NCBI GenBank assembly: GCA_043228905.1
Contig: JBHGNT010000001.1
Span: 21,824,001 to 21,888,000 of the forward strand
DNA length: 64,000 nucleotides
Source of the DNA: Azolla caroliniana
Taxonomy: Eukaryota > Plantae > Polypodiophyta
Reading direction: 5' to 3'
Within the stretch, counting starts at the first letter, position 1, and each line of letters opens with the position of its first letter. The notes under the pieces were generated by a model. It was not told the DNA's origin. It made no database searches and was given only the letters and a program-made list of their open reading frames with translations. A program made the translations under genes and the position numbers. Of this stretch, positions 25,423 to 38,644 are shown piece by piece.

Positions 25423-25976
25423 ATTATCATAAAGACGATGCAATGGCCTTCCCTTGTGCTATAAAAGGGGAGGCCTTGAACTGTTTTGGGGACCCAAGAT
25501 TTGGGAGGACGAAGCTCTGCCCGTCTGAGAAAGCTCTCTCTCCTCTCTCGGTATTGTGCTCTATACTAGGGAACAAGAAGGCGAATCCTTTGCTCGCGCT
25601 GGAAGCCCACGTGCCCCTAACCAAAAGGTCATCATTCTGTGTATGGCGATGTCTATTGAGCTTAGAGCTCCTTCCCCGACTGCGCCCGGTTGTACTCACT
25701 ACATGTTCTACGCCTAATCGAATCGTGACTCGTTGTTCTGACTCTGTGTTCTTTCCTCATCTTTTCCATTCTATTTTGTTCTATTCGGTTCTGTGTCTGT
25801 TTGGGTCCAAGCGACGTTAGGATCTTCCGAGGTCGAGTGAAAGTGGAGACAATTGGTTGGCTCCACTTCCCTTTTTCTTCCTCTGTGTTCGACTCCTTGA
25901 TTCAAGACCCCTGTGGTCCTGCCCATTTCTACACATACGCGTAGAAAAGCACGACAATGCAAACATATACAAACGT

Positions 25977-26180
25977 TCAAATAGGTCTACCAAATTGGAC
26001 GTATGCAAAGATCTTTGTGACATACAATCGAGGCATATCCTTAGTGATTTGATTAACTAATTCCATTTGTCCATCAAATTGAGTGTGGTTCGTGGAAATC
26101 ATGCTCAATGTATTTTTTGGTTTCTTAAAGACTAGCATCGACAAATAAATACTAAAGTTAAGATCTCTATTGCTTACCAT
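25977..26180 (-). pseudogene. Highly degenerate gypsy integrase fragment
   Basis: STNHTQFDGQMELVNQITKDMPRLYV resembles the integrase motif [24 protein letters not shown]. Confidence 0.55.
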
Positions 26181-27487
26181 ATGGATTGGTAAACTATAAA
26201 ATTTAAATAAATCACTAACAAATTTGTAAGCCTAATCTAGAGCTATCATGAATTAGATCAATTATAGTACTATATTCTGCCAAATTAATAGGAATGCCTT
26301 CATACAAAGATATATTAAAGGTGTGCATAAGTAGAAGCAACTTATCACATGCATAGATCAAATGCTCGCCTACCAATGTATCATGATCCAATGGATTTCA
26401 AAATCATAACCAATCAATGGCAAGTTAACTCACCAATTATGGAGTAGGTGGGGCGACTGTCAAAGAGCACCGTTGCATAACCGTGCGAGTAAGGTGAGGT
26501 TAGTTATGTGTTACATACATATACACAATATATTGCCAAGCAAATAGATCTACATAGATATACTCAATTATCTTTGTTACAAGGGATGTATATCCTATCA
26601 AGTAAATTAGTAATAGAACGTGATTACACCTCCCTTGGGGTTCCAACATACCAAGCATATGATATTGGCCATTGCTGCAAAGCATCATATATTACCAATC
26701 CATATGCATTACCAAGGGCTAGAAAATGAATCCCCCATATTAGCGAATTAGCAAATCTTACAATATCATCTTATAATGGCAAATATGGTGATTTTTGAAG
26801 ACATCCAAATCATGAGCAAGCAAATGAAGAGTAACAAATTGCAACAAATTAACTTTATGATCCCACCTTTGGATTTGTATCCACATAATGTGCATGTACA
26901 TCCTTATAGACAACACACTACTATCACAACGCTCCTTTTTGTATGATACAGCCACTCCATCCAAATCTCCAATGCTTCCTATCATGTGTGATTGGGGACA
27001 GCAAACCAACTCCCATCTACACCCTCATAAATCGAGGAGTTTACTGTTAGTACATTGAGTCTAAGCAACAAATAAGTGGTGAAGAAATGAGTCAATCAAG
27101 TGGCCCAAGTAATCAAAAGATCAACAAGTTTGACTGTCAAGAGTATGAAGAGAAGATTAATTCAGCAAGAGAAAAAACTAAATAATAACGCAATTTCAAG
27201 AATTACTTCTTTCATTTATTCTGGACCAAATAGATGTTCAATGTTAACAAAATGTCTGCTTTAGATTTTCCATTAGCTTCTTAATGCATGATTTATCTAC
27301 AAGAAGACAAGTAAGATGTTAAATGTTAAGAATACAGAATGCTTACTCTAATTATCCACTAGGTGCTTGACACATCGATCAGAGAACCCGAATGAGATGT
27401 TCAATGTTATCTTGAACAAAATGTTTGTGGAAGACCCAAGAGAGATAGATGGTCACTGTGTTAAGACAATACAAAATGTTTGCTTTG

Positions 27488-27711
27488 CTAAATGGGCATG
27501 AAAACCACTGATTCAGTAGCTATGCAAGTATCATTCTGCATTTTTTGAATAAATTTCTTGATTTCCATAGCAAACTCCTCTGGTTTCTCTTCAAATGGTA
27601 AATGCCCACAATCCCTTATAATATGAAATTGCCCATTAGGAAACAATTTAGCTAAACGTTTTGCATTCCACGCTGGAACAATAGCATCATTATCACCCGC
27701 GATGACAAGAA
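27488..27711 (-). CDS. alpha/beta-hydrolase exon 5
   Basis: GGCAG|(G)TT VLVIAGDNDAIVP...CGHLPFEEKPEEF...stop. Confidence 0.9.
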
Positions 27712-30700
27712 CTGCCATTGTTATAAATTCACAAATAATAAGTTAATTTACTATAACCATTAAACAAGACTAGCTATAAATAACTAGACATCAGTTTTTA
27801 AATACCTGGGCAGAGTACATTGCTCAGTCGGTCAACAACCTTGGATGATTCTCCTAGTTGAGCAATAACATATTCGAGCAATCCATACTCCCAATTCTTG
27901 CATTTTAATGCCTGAAAAAGAGATATACCAAGCGCTCACATATAACCCAATAATAAGATAGTAATACTACATGTACAATTTCGGTACAAACTCAAGTAAC
28001 CAGGATTTCTTTATTTCCCTAAATGCTCCTGACTTTTTGTTATATCTGAGGTAAGAAAATCTCAAGTTCAGTTCTGATCGAGGTTAACAATCAGATCCAT
28101 CCATCTTTACCATAGAGATCAGACCGTGCAGGTAGGAGACTCACAAAATTCAGAAGAACAGTTTGAACAAGCTGCTGATATCGGAGAGAAGCAGAAGCAC
28201 TTTTCCTCAGAATAACATTGAAGCACAGAATCGGTTGTAGATTATATGACATGTTTTTCAATTGGATTCATTTGGGCTAATCACCACAACATTCCTACTA
28301 GTTGGTGTGCGTGTCATGCTCGTGTTCCCTGACAGTTGGTCCACCCAATAAAAGAAAATTAACGAGTCCCTTGGTTGTGTATCCACGATTCACACGGCCT
28401 CAAATGCTACAGCCATACGTACTAATAGATCTTAGTAACAAGTGGGTATGCATGATTTTGCCATTCAGGGTTTACCTATGACATCATTAATCTGTTTTTG
28501 GTTTTGCCATTTATTAAAGCATTCGCCCCAGAAAGAAAAAAAAAGATGCAAATGGACCACATTACTATTCATATTATTGAGAAAAAGGTGACAAGTTGAC
28601 TATGTAATTGGTCAAATAGCACACACAATTGCTTTTCTTTCAGATGTTAAAGGTATTTCGGGAAACAAAGAAAAACTCAGGGTTATTTCGCCCAAAAATC
28701 TAAAGGAAATTTATCATTGTTATTACTAGAGGAAACTCCTCAAAGTGTCATAGACTAAGCTACACTGATTAGCATATGCTTTGAACATAATGTGAGTGCT
28801 CCAAGTGCAAATGATAGACAATGAATGGGAGATGGTTTGTACTGGTTCACCAGTGATTATCACTAAATTGGAGGTGATTGACAATTCGTTGGATATGATT
28901 TGGCCTTAATTGGTTGATTATAATTGGAGATCACTGGTAGATTATTAGCCATGATTAGCAGCAGTGTGGAGTTGTTAGCAGTTGATTGGGATAATTGGTG
29001 GTTGATTGGAGATAAATTATTTGTCATATGCTTTAATGGTATTATTTTATGATTTAAATTTGAAAGGGGTTTTCAGTAAGTTCGCCAAACAATAACAATA
29101 TATATGTCTCAAAATTTAATGAGCATTAAAAGAGGATATAGAAATACAAACTTTTGTATAGCCAGAGATCACATAATTGTCAACTTTCTCCTTGTTGAAC
29201 CAGGCCATCCGTACAGCTCTCAAACTTAGCTTATCTACTGCAACTCGTATCTGTGGATAAAGCAAAGTTTGAGCATATCTGTGAGAGACATGTCTATGTA
29301 ATCGAGCACAAGACAGTGAAAAGAGAAATCTTACCAGGCAAATTCCAATACCAGATCTTAATGTGAAGGTCAGAAGTCTATTCCATTGAGACCGAATAAA
29401 TGCAATCACTGAAGGTAATACTGCAATGATGCCATTGAAAACCCACAATATCTTCTCCCAAATTTTCAAACAAATATTCCACAAGCCCTGACATAGCTTG
29501 ACAAATGTCTGAATCTTTTTTGATATCACAGATACCACGAACATTAGAGCTAATCGTTGTGGCATATTAAGACAAGATTCTATCCCACGCCAAATGAATT
29601 TAATTCCTGATTGAAATACTCTCATGATATTATTAAAAGCCCACACAATCTTTTCCCAAACATTCAACAACATTTGTTTGATCTGGCTTTGTCTCTCCAA
29701 TATTTGTTCCTTTTTAGCTACCACGAGAGGAGCAAATAGGGCAGGGCCCACCAGTATCATCGCAGCTATTCGTTCCGGTGCCTTGAAATATGCTTCTGCT
29801 GCTACAATGCAACCAGCTGAATGGCTGCAACCCATGTTAGAACCATATACATTAGCATAAAATAATGTCGCCAACACCTTCATTATTCATTTGATGTACA
29901 CATCTGAGCAGAAATTGCCATGAAATCTGACCATGAAACCTGATTAAGAAAGATCAGGATATGCTATATGTGAAGTTGTATTAGAAAAGTAACTGAAAGT
30001 TGCGGCTCAGACCCCGACTATGTACCCATTAATTCCTTCATAAATGATGCGTTCACCATAACTAAAGTTCCACGCAGATATCACAGAATAGAAGCTGAAT
30101 AATAAAGGCCATTACGAATTATAATATTAGCGTGAAGACTACATGCACGTAAAAGAGTAGGAAAAAAAGACAGTTAACCTCATCATCCGGAGTAAAATCA
30201 TGCAACTCCATAGACTTGCACTGAAGCATCGAAGCAAATGGAGACAACAGAATACCCAAAAAGATCATAGTACTCACAGGTGATGGAATGGTTCAACAAT
30301 GGCCTCCACATTGAGAACTTGCCACCCTTTCGATATTGTACACCTCTCCCAAGTGATGGAAGGAACAAGCTATTGTGGGAATATCTGTGGCAGCTGTATA
30401 CCCAAAAAACTTGGCTCACACCAGGGCAACGGGCTGGCAATAGTCAACAGGCAGAGTCGCCATATTTTCTTTGCAAAAGGAAAATTAATTTTCAAAAGGT
30501 TCTCAGCAAGAAAACCCCTTACACACTGACAGGATTTCACAAGGTTTGGGCTTGCATTTGGTGAACTTTTTCTCTTTTTTCTCGGCTAACAATTATGGCT
30601 GGAAACAGAGCTCAAATGGAGTTTGTGTGGGTTGAAACATGAACCAAGAAAATGGTATTATAAATTCAATACTATTATGCAGTCTCAAGGTTTCATAGAA

Positions 30701-33114
30701 GCCAACTGGATCAATACTTGTACACCATGAAGGCACCAGATGGCACCAGATGGCAGCCTGATTATCTTGGTTTTGTATGTTAATGACATGCTGATTGCGT
30801 GCAGGGATACTTATGTCTTGGATTCACTTCATCACAGCTTTGATATGAAGTACCTTGATGATGCAACTCACATTCTGATGATGAGAAGGTTGAAATAGCC
30901 AAGATTCCATGCGCTTTAGCTGTTGGTAGTTTTATGTATGCTATGGTGCTACAATCCTGACATTGTTTTTCCAGTGGGAGTGGTTAGCAGGTACATGGCA
31001 AACCCTGGCAAAAACAATTAGGAAGCAGTGAGATACCGCATAGGCACAAAGGATTTGTGCATCTGCTTTGGAAAGGAAACGGCATCTGCTGTTGCCTTTA
31101 TGGATGCAGACTACGCTGATCATCTGGACTACAGAAAGTTCACTTCTAGGTATGTTTTTACCTTCACAGGAGAAGCAGCCCAGTAGATCTCCAGGCTACA
31201 GAAGTGTGTTGCATTATCTACTACAGAGGAAGAGTATGTGGCTGACACTGAGGTATGAGAGGAGGGTTTATAGATTTCACGTCTGGTGGGAGGTCTTGGC
31301 ATTACAGATTTGCCTGTTTTTCATTGTGACAGTCAAAGTGCTATCATGATAGCACCGAATCCATTCTTTCATGCATAGACAAAGTACATAGAGATGAAGA
31401 ATCATTTTATCAGATATGTATTTGACAGCAAGAGCATTGAGCTTGTCCAAATGCATTGCGACAGTCAAAGTGCTATCATGCTAGCACCGAATCCTTTCTT
31501 TCATGCATAGACAAAGTACATACAGGTAAAGTATCATTTTATCAGATATGTACTTGACAGCAAGAGCATTGAGCTTGTCCATGTGCATACAGATGCTAGC
31601 ACCGAATCCTTTCTTTCATGCATAGACAAAGTACATACAGGTAAAGTATCATTTTATCAGATATGTACTTGACAGCAAGAGCATTGAGCTTGTCCATGTG
31701 CATACAGATGCTAGCACCGAATCCTTTCTTTCATGCATAGACAAAGTACATACAGGTGAAGTATCATTTTATCAGATATGTACTTGACAGCAAGAGCATT
31801 GAGCTTGTCCATGTGCATACAGATGCTAGCACCGAATCCTTTCTTTCATGCATAGACAAAGTACATACAGGTGAAGTATCATTTTATCAGATATGTACTT
31901 GACAGCAAGAGCATTGAGCTTGTCCAAGTGCATACAGATGCTAGCACCGAATCCTTTCTTTCATGCATAGACAAAGTACATACAGGTGAAGTATCATTTA
32001 ATCAGATATGTACTTGACAGCAAGAGCATTGAGCTTGTCCTGCAGATCTTCTCAGGAAGGTTCTTCCAGCAGAGCGGTTAGCTCATTGCCAAGAAATGAT
32101 GGGGGTTGGATACTTACATTTAGCTGATCCTTTCTCCTCTCAAGGCACATTGCCTTTAGGTGGGAGGATCTCCTTTTATTCATGCACAGGTGTGAACGCA
32201 CCCTGAACACACTTTAACTTTCATATATATCTGTCTAAAAACCTGAAGTGGTATACACTCTACTATACCCAGAAACACGGTGTAATTCTCCCTCTCTACC
32301 TCTCTACATCTTACCCTCTGCTGTTGCTCAAATTTTTCTTTTTGCCTGATATTCCATCGCCTCACTTCACTATTGTGCTCGCAAATCAATAAGCAACTCA
32401 GACTTACCTCCAATGAACTAGAGATTAAGGCAGGACAAGCACTTTGCATATCTAGCACTGAAAGATTCTATAAATTATGTGCAGCAGATCGAAAGCAAGG
32501 AACATTATGTGTGTAGGTGCCCAGCCTTCAACCAGATTAGAAAGAAAAAAGTTTGCTACCCTCTACATGAACCATCACCATTTGACAAATGATGGAGAAG
32601 ACTGGCCCACGACAATTTAGCCAAATGTTGGTCGATCTTTAAAAGCATAAGCAACCAACCCTTACATTAGTTTGCAGGATGCACCGACAATCACATATCA
32701 TTGATTTCTTCCTTAACACTTTACCTCCCTTAATAATATGCTAGGGAGTCACCATAGAGTGAGCAGAGGAATGCCGACAACACAGGAGACGAGTACATGG
32801 ATATAAGATACATGGGTAAAAACCATCACCATGTCCAATCCGCACGAGGATACCTAGATGCACTTATTAAACTTCATCATAGCTTCTTTTCACCACACTA
32901 ACCAACCTTGCATACAAAGTCGAGTCACCATCTCATACATAATAGCTATGCACCTCATGCTTGTAAACCATCTCAAAAATCATTCCACCACATGTATTCA
33001 GATGATAACCATGGAGCTTTTATTTTGGTTTTAGTATAGATGACATGAATGCACCCAAGTTTGTAATCACAATTTGTCTCATAGGCCAGTTTTGGTCTCT
33101 AGTAGGCATTAATG

Positions 33115-33147
<33 letters not shown>

Positions 33148-35196
33148 CTCTAACATATATCTAATCACACTAATTTGGTTAAAATAGCGAGTATTTTCCT
33201 GAAGCCTTAACACATGAATACCTCAATGTAGCAAAAAAACACACAATTTTTTTAAAGGAAACAATACTAAACTTAGCCTAATATAAAATCGTGCAACTAC
33301 AAAGTTGACCTTCAATCTTCAGTAGTTAGATTACAAGGAGCAATTGCAAAGTAAGAGATAGAGTAAAAGAGCTCTAGTTTCAAAGTGGAGAAGTGAAGAA
33401 GAACCTCAAAAGAACATGAAAAGTAACCTTTATAATCTTTTAGATTCTTTAGGCCCTTTCAAACTATAGTGGAGACAAGGTATTTGTCTCTTTCGCCTTG
33501 GTTCTTGTCCCCTCTTTCTTTTATCTTTGTTTGTCCCGGTCCTATAAATGTCAATGTCAACATCGTCGGAAAGGCATGAGAAGTGAAACATACGAAAAAT
33601 ACTTCGCAGAAGTAAGCATATGAGATCCATGAATCTAAACATATGACATAACATTTCTCATCCATTTTTCTAGGTCTGAAGTTAGTTTTCTTCTGTTTTT
33701 GCCATTTATGATTTGTTCCTTCCCAAGTATTGAGTTGTATTTACATCTTTAGCATTACCTAAAGAAATTACACTGAAGCTAAGCATAGAAACTTTGTATA
33801 GAATGTAAAAGATTATAGAATCCCTTGCTTGCTTATAAGCATGCATTAGCTTTGCACATTCAATTATTCAACGAATTTCCATTCTCTCCAGAATCGAACC
33901 CTAATTCTCCGTCACCCATCATCACCATGGTAGGCCTCTATCTTACCATCGAAAGTTGATAGGGCAGAAATTTGAATGAAGCATCGCCGGCACAAAGTCC
34001 ATGCGATTCGGGAAGTTATCATGATTCACCACAATACCGGGCAAGCCCGCATCCGCCTTTTATCTAATAAATGTGTCCCTTCCAGAAGACAGGAGTTGGT
34101 GCGTATTAGCTCTAGAATTACTACAGTTATCCGAGTAGCAAGGTACCATCAAAGAAACTATAACTGATTTAATGAGCCATTCGCAGTTTCACAGTGCCAC
34201 CAAATGAACCAAAGAGTGACATCTATTGGTTGGTGCACCTATGTATGTCCAGGATCGAACCTTATTCCAAATGCACTACATTGAACATTTCAAAAGAAAC
34301 TTTCGAAGCATTAATTCCTGGGCAAGGTTAGATGGGATGGAACGGAGGCAGCCATCCATAGTCCCAAGCCTCTTTTTTTATAGGGTTATTGTGATATACC
34401 AAAAGATAAGAGAGAGATAGACTCACCCTATTAGCACAGCTTCTTTAGATTGTAAGAAATCCATGAAAGCCATCGTGGCAGATGAAGAGAAACCAATAGA
34501 GTACGGATTAATAGGAAGAGAAGACACCATATCATCGCTGTCACTGCTCATAATATTTGACGGCCATACAAAATCTGAAGGAAGTTTAACACGAGAAGTG
34601 AGGCCAAAACCAGGGCGATCGAAGGCCAATACAGGAGATCTAAATATGCTGGAGAGAGGTTTTAACACTCTCTCAAAAGAGAACAACGAACCCCCAAAGC
34701 CATGGAGAAGAATCACAGCAGGAAGAGCTAAATTCTGCTTTTCTTCACATAACGTTTCTTCTTCTTTCCCTTCTGTTACATTGAATTTTCTTTCTTCAAC
34801 TTCTTCTACTTCTTTAGTTTCTGGTACTTTGCTTTCTTCTTCTTTTTCCGTTCTTTCACCATAGCTGGCATTTGGTCGAGCGATCTTATAATGAATCTGA
34901 ACTCCATGGAGTTCTGCAAAGCGACTATCTGCATCAGCAAGAAGCCATGGATCTGAAAGTTCATCCTGATCGACGCCTGCAATTTGACATCTCTTCCTTG
35001 ATCCTTTTCTTGGCAGATCTCCAAAATGCTGCGACTCCGGGGTATCTGAGGAGGTCGAGAACGAAGACGAAGACGAAGATGAAGACGCAGGGATCTTAGA
35101 AAGTGTGCGTATCTTAAGGGAAGGCCTGCGAGAGAAGGAAGGAGTGATGGAAATTGAAATGGCGATGGAGGAGGAGGAGGTTGCTAACATGGCCAT
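27488..35196 (-). CDS. Host gene: alpha/beta-hydrolase fold protein (~562 aa), 5 coding exons, probable plastid transit peptide
   Basis: Exons 35196-34427, 29824-29335, 29250-29152, 27911-27806, 27711-27488. All introns are GT-AG with compatible phases; total 1689 nt. Oxyanion HGFG, nucleophile GHSAG formed across intron 1, acid GDND, histidine CGHLP; Ser-rich N-terminus. Confidence 0.92.
27806..27911 (-). CDS. alpha/beta-hydrolase exon 4
   Basis: TTTCAG|ALKCKNWEYGLLEY...NVLCP G|GTATTT; not in the ORF track. Confidence 0.87.
29152..29250 (-). CDS. alpha/beta-hydrolase exon 3
   Basis: CACAG|ATA CGA...GYTK|GTTTGT; 33 codons. Confidence 0.85.
29335..29824 (-). CDS. alpha/beta-hydrolase exon 2
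   Basis: Acceptor TTGCAG|C CAT TCA GCT GGT (HSAG); donor CTG|GTAAG. Confidence 0.9.
30300..32170 (+). mobile_element. Old copia RT-RNase H relic in intron 1, antisense to the gene; boundaries approximate
   Basis: LVLYVNDMLIA, AVGSFMYAM, FMDADYA, CVALSTTE, HCDSQSAI motifs with many lesions; PPT-like AGGTGGGAGGA near 32160. Confidence 0.8.
31322..32040 (+). repeat. Tandem array: five 115-bp units preceded by one 132-bp unit, derived from copia RNase H
   Basis: Units start at 31478, 31593, 31708, 31823 and 31938 (ATGCTAGCACCGAATCC...); the 132-bp period runs 31322 to 31454. Confidence 0.95.
34427..35196 (-). CDS. alpha/beta-hydrolase exon 1
   Basis: MAMLATSSSS...LLHGFGG...AFDRPGFGLT...LIG; donor GG|GTGAGT. 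The start could instead be 35190. Confidence 0.88.
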
Positions 35197-35539
35197 TAGT
35201 TTTTGGACACATACAACATACATGTATGAATGAATGAATGAATGTATGGTATGTACATATTTGCATAAATTATAAAATAAAAGCCTTAAGTTAATTGTTT
35301 GTAACGAAGGAGGGGTTTTAGAAGTTCTTCGGTACATTTGTTGGGCCCAAACAAAGAGGACAAAAAATCCCCACCCATGAGGAAGACCAATCCTCGCCTT
35401 CATTCAAATGCCCAAAATGTTAGAATCCTCGTGAGCTTTGTCTCCCGAACCAAACCAAACGTGTTGATATAGGTTTGCTAATCAAGCTCACTCATAATTG
35501 TAAACCCACTCACTCACATGGACCTATGGGGTTTGTAAC

Positions 35540-37875
35540 TAGGAATCGGCATCGGCTTAGCTCAAGCCTTGAACCGAATCATTAAACCGTTTTTAAATTG
35601 TTTTTGGCGGTTTAGTGGTTCGGTTCAGGTTTTAGCTTCCTTAACCAATTTGAGTTCGGTATGGGATGGCTCATGTCAAACTGAACCATTTTGGGCTAAA
35701 CCAATTCCCAAAACGGTTAAGGGTTAATCGGTTTGCATAAACCAATATAGGCTTAACCAGTTTAATCGTTATAGGCTTAATCGGTTTAACCAATTTAGGA
35801 GTTGGTTCAATTCAAGTTTGAAAACTCCCAAACCGGTTAAGGCTTAACCAGTTTGGTTTGGACTAGGCCAAACAAGTTAAGCCAAAACTGAATCGTTGGT
35901 TTAGCAGCTATAGGGGTGTGGAGACTGGCCTATAAAGTTTATCATGTAGCTCGCAGATGTTGCAAATATAGGTATGTGGCAGTAGTTCACTTGCGAAAGT
36001 TCATAATGGTGAACTTCAATAGGTCTATACGTAACCCACCACACACGTGCATGTAGATATATAAAACCTCATATTATTGAGTGAGCTTCTTTCGCACATG
36101 CCATACATACCATTTTGATTGGTTTCACTTACCCCATTAGTTTGTTTTTTAATCGTTGCTTGATAAATGTTGGGAGATAGCTTTGAATCGAATAAATCAA
36201 TTCTATACATATCTTCTAGGAACCACTTGGCAATTGTAGATTTGCTTTGTGTAATGTTATGCACACATAGATCACTAATATTTACATAATTGAAGGTATG
36301 TTCACTAATGTTAGAAAGGGACTAATGTGATTGGATAGAGGAATGATAGTGCATACACTATCATGATCTTGGCAACCAATGAATGGAGAGCCTTTTAGAA
36401 AAACACATCTATTCAAGGGGCATGTGAATAGGTATCAATATGGGGCGTAGCTACCCTCATAAAATATATACATTGGAAGGTTGCGTCTTAAGACATCGGT
36501 GGTGTGGGCTAGGCCTTCGTCACTACAATTGTGTTATCTCTTCTAAGGTATTAGTCATCCTAATATCCATCAATATGGGACATTGGTGGTAGGTTGGTTA
36601 TATCTTGATCATAACTTAGGGTGATTGGGTGGAACAAGTTCATCTATCCAATCTATTTACCTTTATATTTACTTTAATTTGGTCTATTGTTTAGCAATAG
36701 ATGCTTAACATTGGCATCTAAGCATTTACTAACAATTTTTTTTGATGTTATTTTGATGTTTTTGTGTGAGCGATGGGGATCTAATATGGCTCGTCATGCT
36801 CTTCTCAGGATCAAAACAACATTCCAAACCCGATATTTTTATTTCTTCATCTCTCTCTTCTTTTCTATGATGCCTTATTTTGATCGAATAAAAATTGGTA
36901 TTATGATTTCTTTTCTTTCTTTATTCCTTATGTTGGTATGACATGTTTTGTCAGTGTGAGATTCTACCAACAATAATAATTATCATTGTGCATGGGGTCA
37001 AGCGTGTTTGCACTAATCACACATGCTCAACTCATGACCCTTTTTGCATATTGTGTTGTCTCTCCCTCTATTGAGCCATCTCTTGGCCAATTCTATGGCA
37101 TGCAGTGATCTTGATGAGGTGCATGTCGACTACCCTAGGGCTTCTTACCTTAGGGCATGCTTAATGTTTCACAAACACCTATTTGGTTATTATTATTATT
37201 ATTTTCTAATTACACTATTTGTCTTCACACTTTCTTCAAAATTTCATCTAATTTCCTTCTACCCATCCATACTTAAGTCTCTTTTTTACCCTTAATTTCA
37301 ACATCATTTAGTTCCCATAGCCGAAATGGTGAAAGCTTCTGCAACAAAAGCTACTAAGCTTCTTTACATGCTGTCAAAGTGTGAGGGTTCAATCTAATCC
37401 TCTACAGCTGACATCCGTTGTGACACAAAGTCAAGAAGCTGCCAACAAACCGTTTGTCACTGAACCGTTAAATTTTTTTGAAACATGGACCAAACCGAAC
37501 TGAACCACGAAACCGTTAAACCGAACCGTTAAACATTTTTCAAACCATTAAACCATTAAACCGTAAAAACCGTGGTTTCGTGGTTTGCTTTCGGTTTTCA
37601 ACATAGGTCAAATTTTTAAAAATTTTAAGATGTTCCTAAAATGTGAGAATAATGTCTAAAAATGAAAAGATTGTTTAAAACCAATTTTTAAATTTTTTTA
37701 AAATAATAACTATTAAATCGTTTAAACCATGGTTTTTTACTGTTGAAACCGAATAGAAACCGAACCGAACCGTTAATACAAACCTAAACCTAAACCAAAC
37801 TGTTGAAACCGTTAAGCTGTTAAACCGCGGTTTCGCGGTTCGGTTCAGTTCAAACTGAACCGTTGCCGATTGTTA
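35540..37875. mobile_element. Possible non-autonomous hAT-like element (or two separate remnants) upstream of the gene
   Basis: Imperfect TIR TAGGAATCGGCATCGG vs reverse complement TAACAATCGGCAACGG (13/16); AAACCG/CGGTT-rich blocks at 35540-35905 and 37440-37875. No TSD found. Confidence 0.5.
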
Positions 37876-38040
37876 GTGGCGATCATGTGTGCCTATGAGG
37901 CGGCGAACATACATGTATCCAAACCATGCTATATAGACATGTATTTGAGTATTGATGAACCATTCTGGTTCAACGCTAGTCTCCAGCATATTCTTGTAAA
38001 CCTTGCTCTCGTTATTAATACATTATCAAATTCTTACCCA

Positions 38041-38042
<2 letters not shown>

Positions 38043-38074
<32 letters not shown>

Positions 38075-38210
38075 AACGACTCTTTTTGCCGTTGTCGTTG
38101 CCGTCTACTACCATCGTCACCGCCGTTGTCTGTTGTTGTTGTCGCCTGCTATTGTCGTCGTCGTCTGCAGCCGCCATCGCCTGTTGTCGTCGTTGTTGTC
38201 GTTGTCGTTT
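38043..38210. repeat. (TC)n tract followed by degenerate (GTC/GTT)n
   Basis: Read directly; lies just 5' of LINE ORF1. Confidence 0.85.
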
Positions 38211-38644
38211 AGTCCTTAACCGTTTAGTTAAAATAGAAAAATGGGCGAAAGAGATTGAAGCTTAAAAACAAAAAGATAAGGAAGAAAAAGAAGTGCTTAT
38301 TGCTGAAATAACAAAACTTAAAGTAGACAACACGAACCTTCAGAAACAAGTCAAGGACCTTGAGACATCTAGGGAAGATGGTGAAATATCTTCCCTAGAG
38401 GATATTAAGGACAAGATCAAAAAGGTTAAGGAAGAGGTTAAAAGCGATATGGAATTAGCAAAAACTAGGTGGGTTGATGTAATAAAACGTAATATTAAAA
38501 AGGAACTAAAGGATGAAAATATTGTAAACACTACCCTTGAGGAGGAAAAAATGCGTCAAGCTCGATGCCTAAATGTATGAGTTACTAGGCTCAAGGAAGG
38601 GGCATCTCCTGACGAAGATGCACAAACATTAGGGAAAATGTTGG

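Larger units (their letters stand above)
18940..25956 (+). mobile_element. Ty3/gypsy 'G4' (tRNA-Trp family), both LTRs, decayed with internal deletions
   Basis: LTRs 18940-19672 and 24535-25956 (the latter contains a MITE); PBS TGGTGAACCCGACTTGAA at 19677-19694. gag from 19719, PR-RT ORF 21022-22596, RH and IN to ~24460. TSD not convincing (TACGA vs ATGCA). Confidence 0.92.

Noticed and set aside
26200-27100. Possible gene or transposase remnants here and at 32500-33050 and 36000-37130
   Set aside because: Only short ORFs without motifs I can recognise; would need a translated search.
28820-29050. GATTGG-rich stretch in intron 3
   Set aside because: Low-complexity, with no fixed period or termini I could define.
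31322-32040. CRISPR-like appearance of the regular array
   Set aside because: Units are head-to-tail with no unique spacers and translate as copia RNase H; no cas genes; eukaryotic context.
35197-35403. Upstream in-frame extension of hydrolase exon 1 (MKARIGL...)
   Set aside because: AT-rich with ATTC/ATGT repeats; the transit-peptide-like sequence starts at 35196/35190, so this is probably UTR or promoter.
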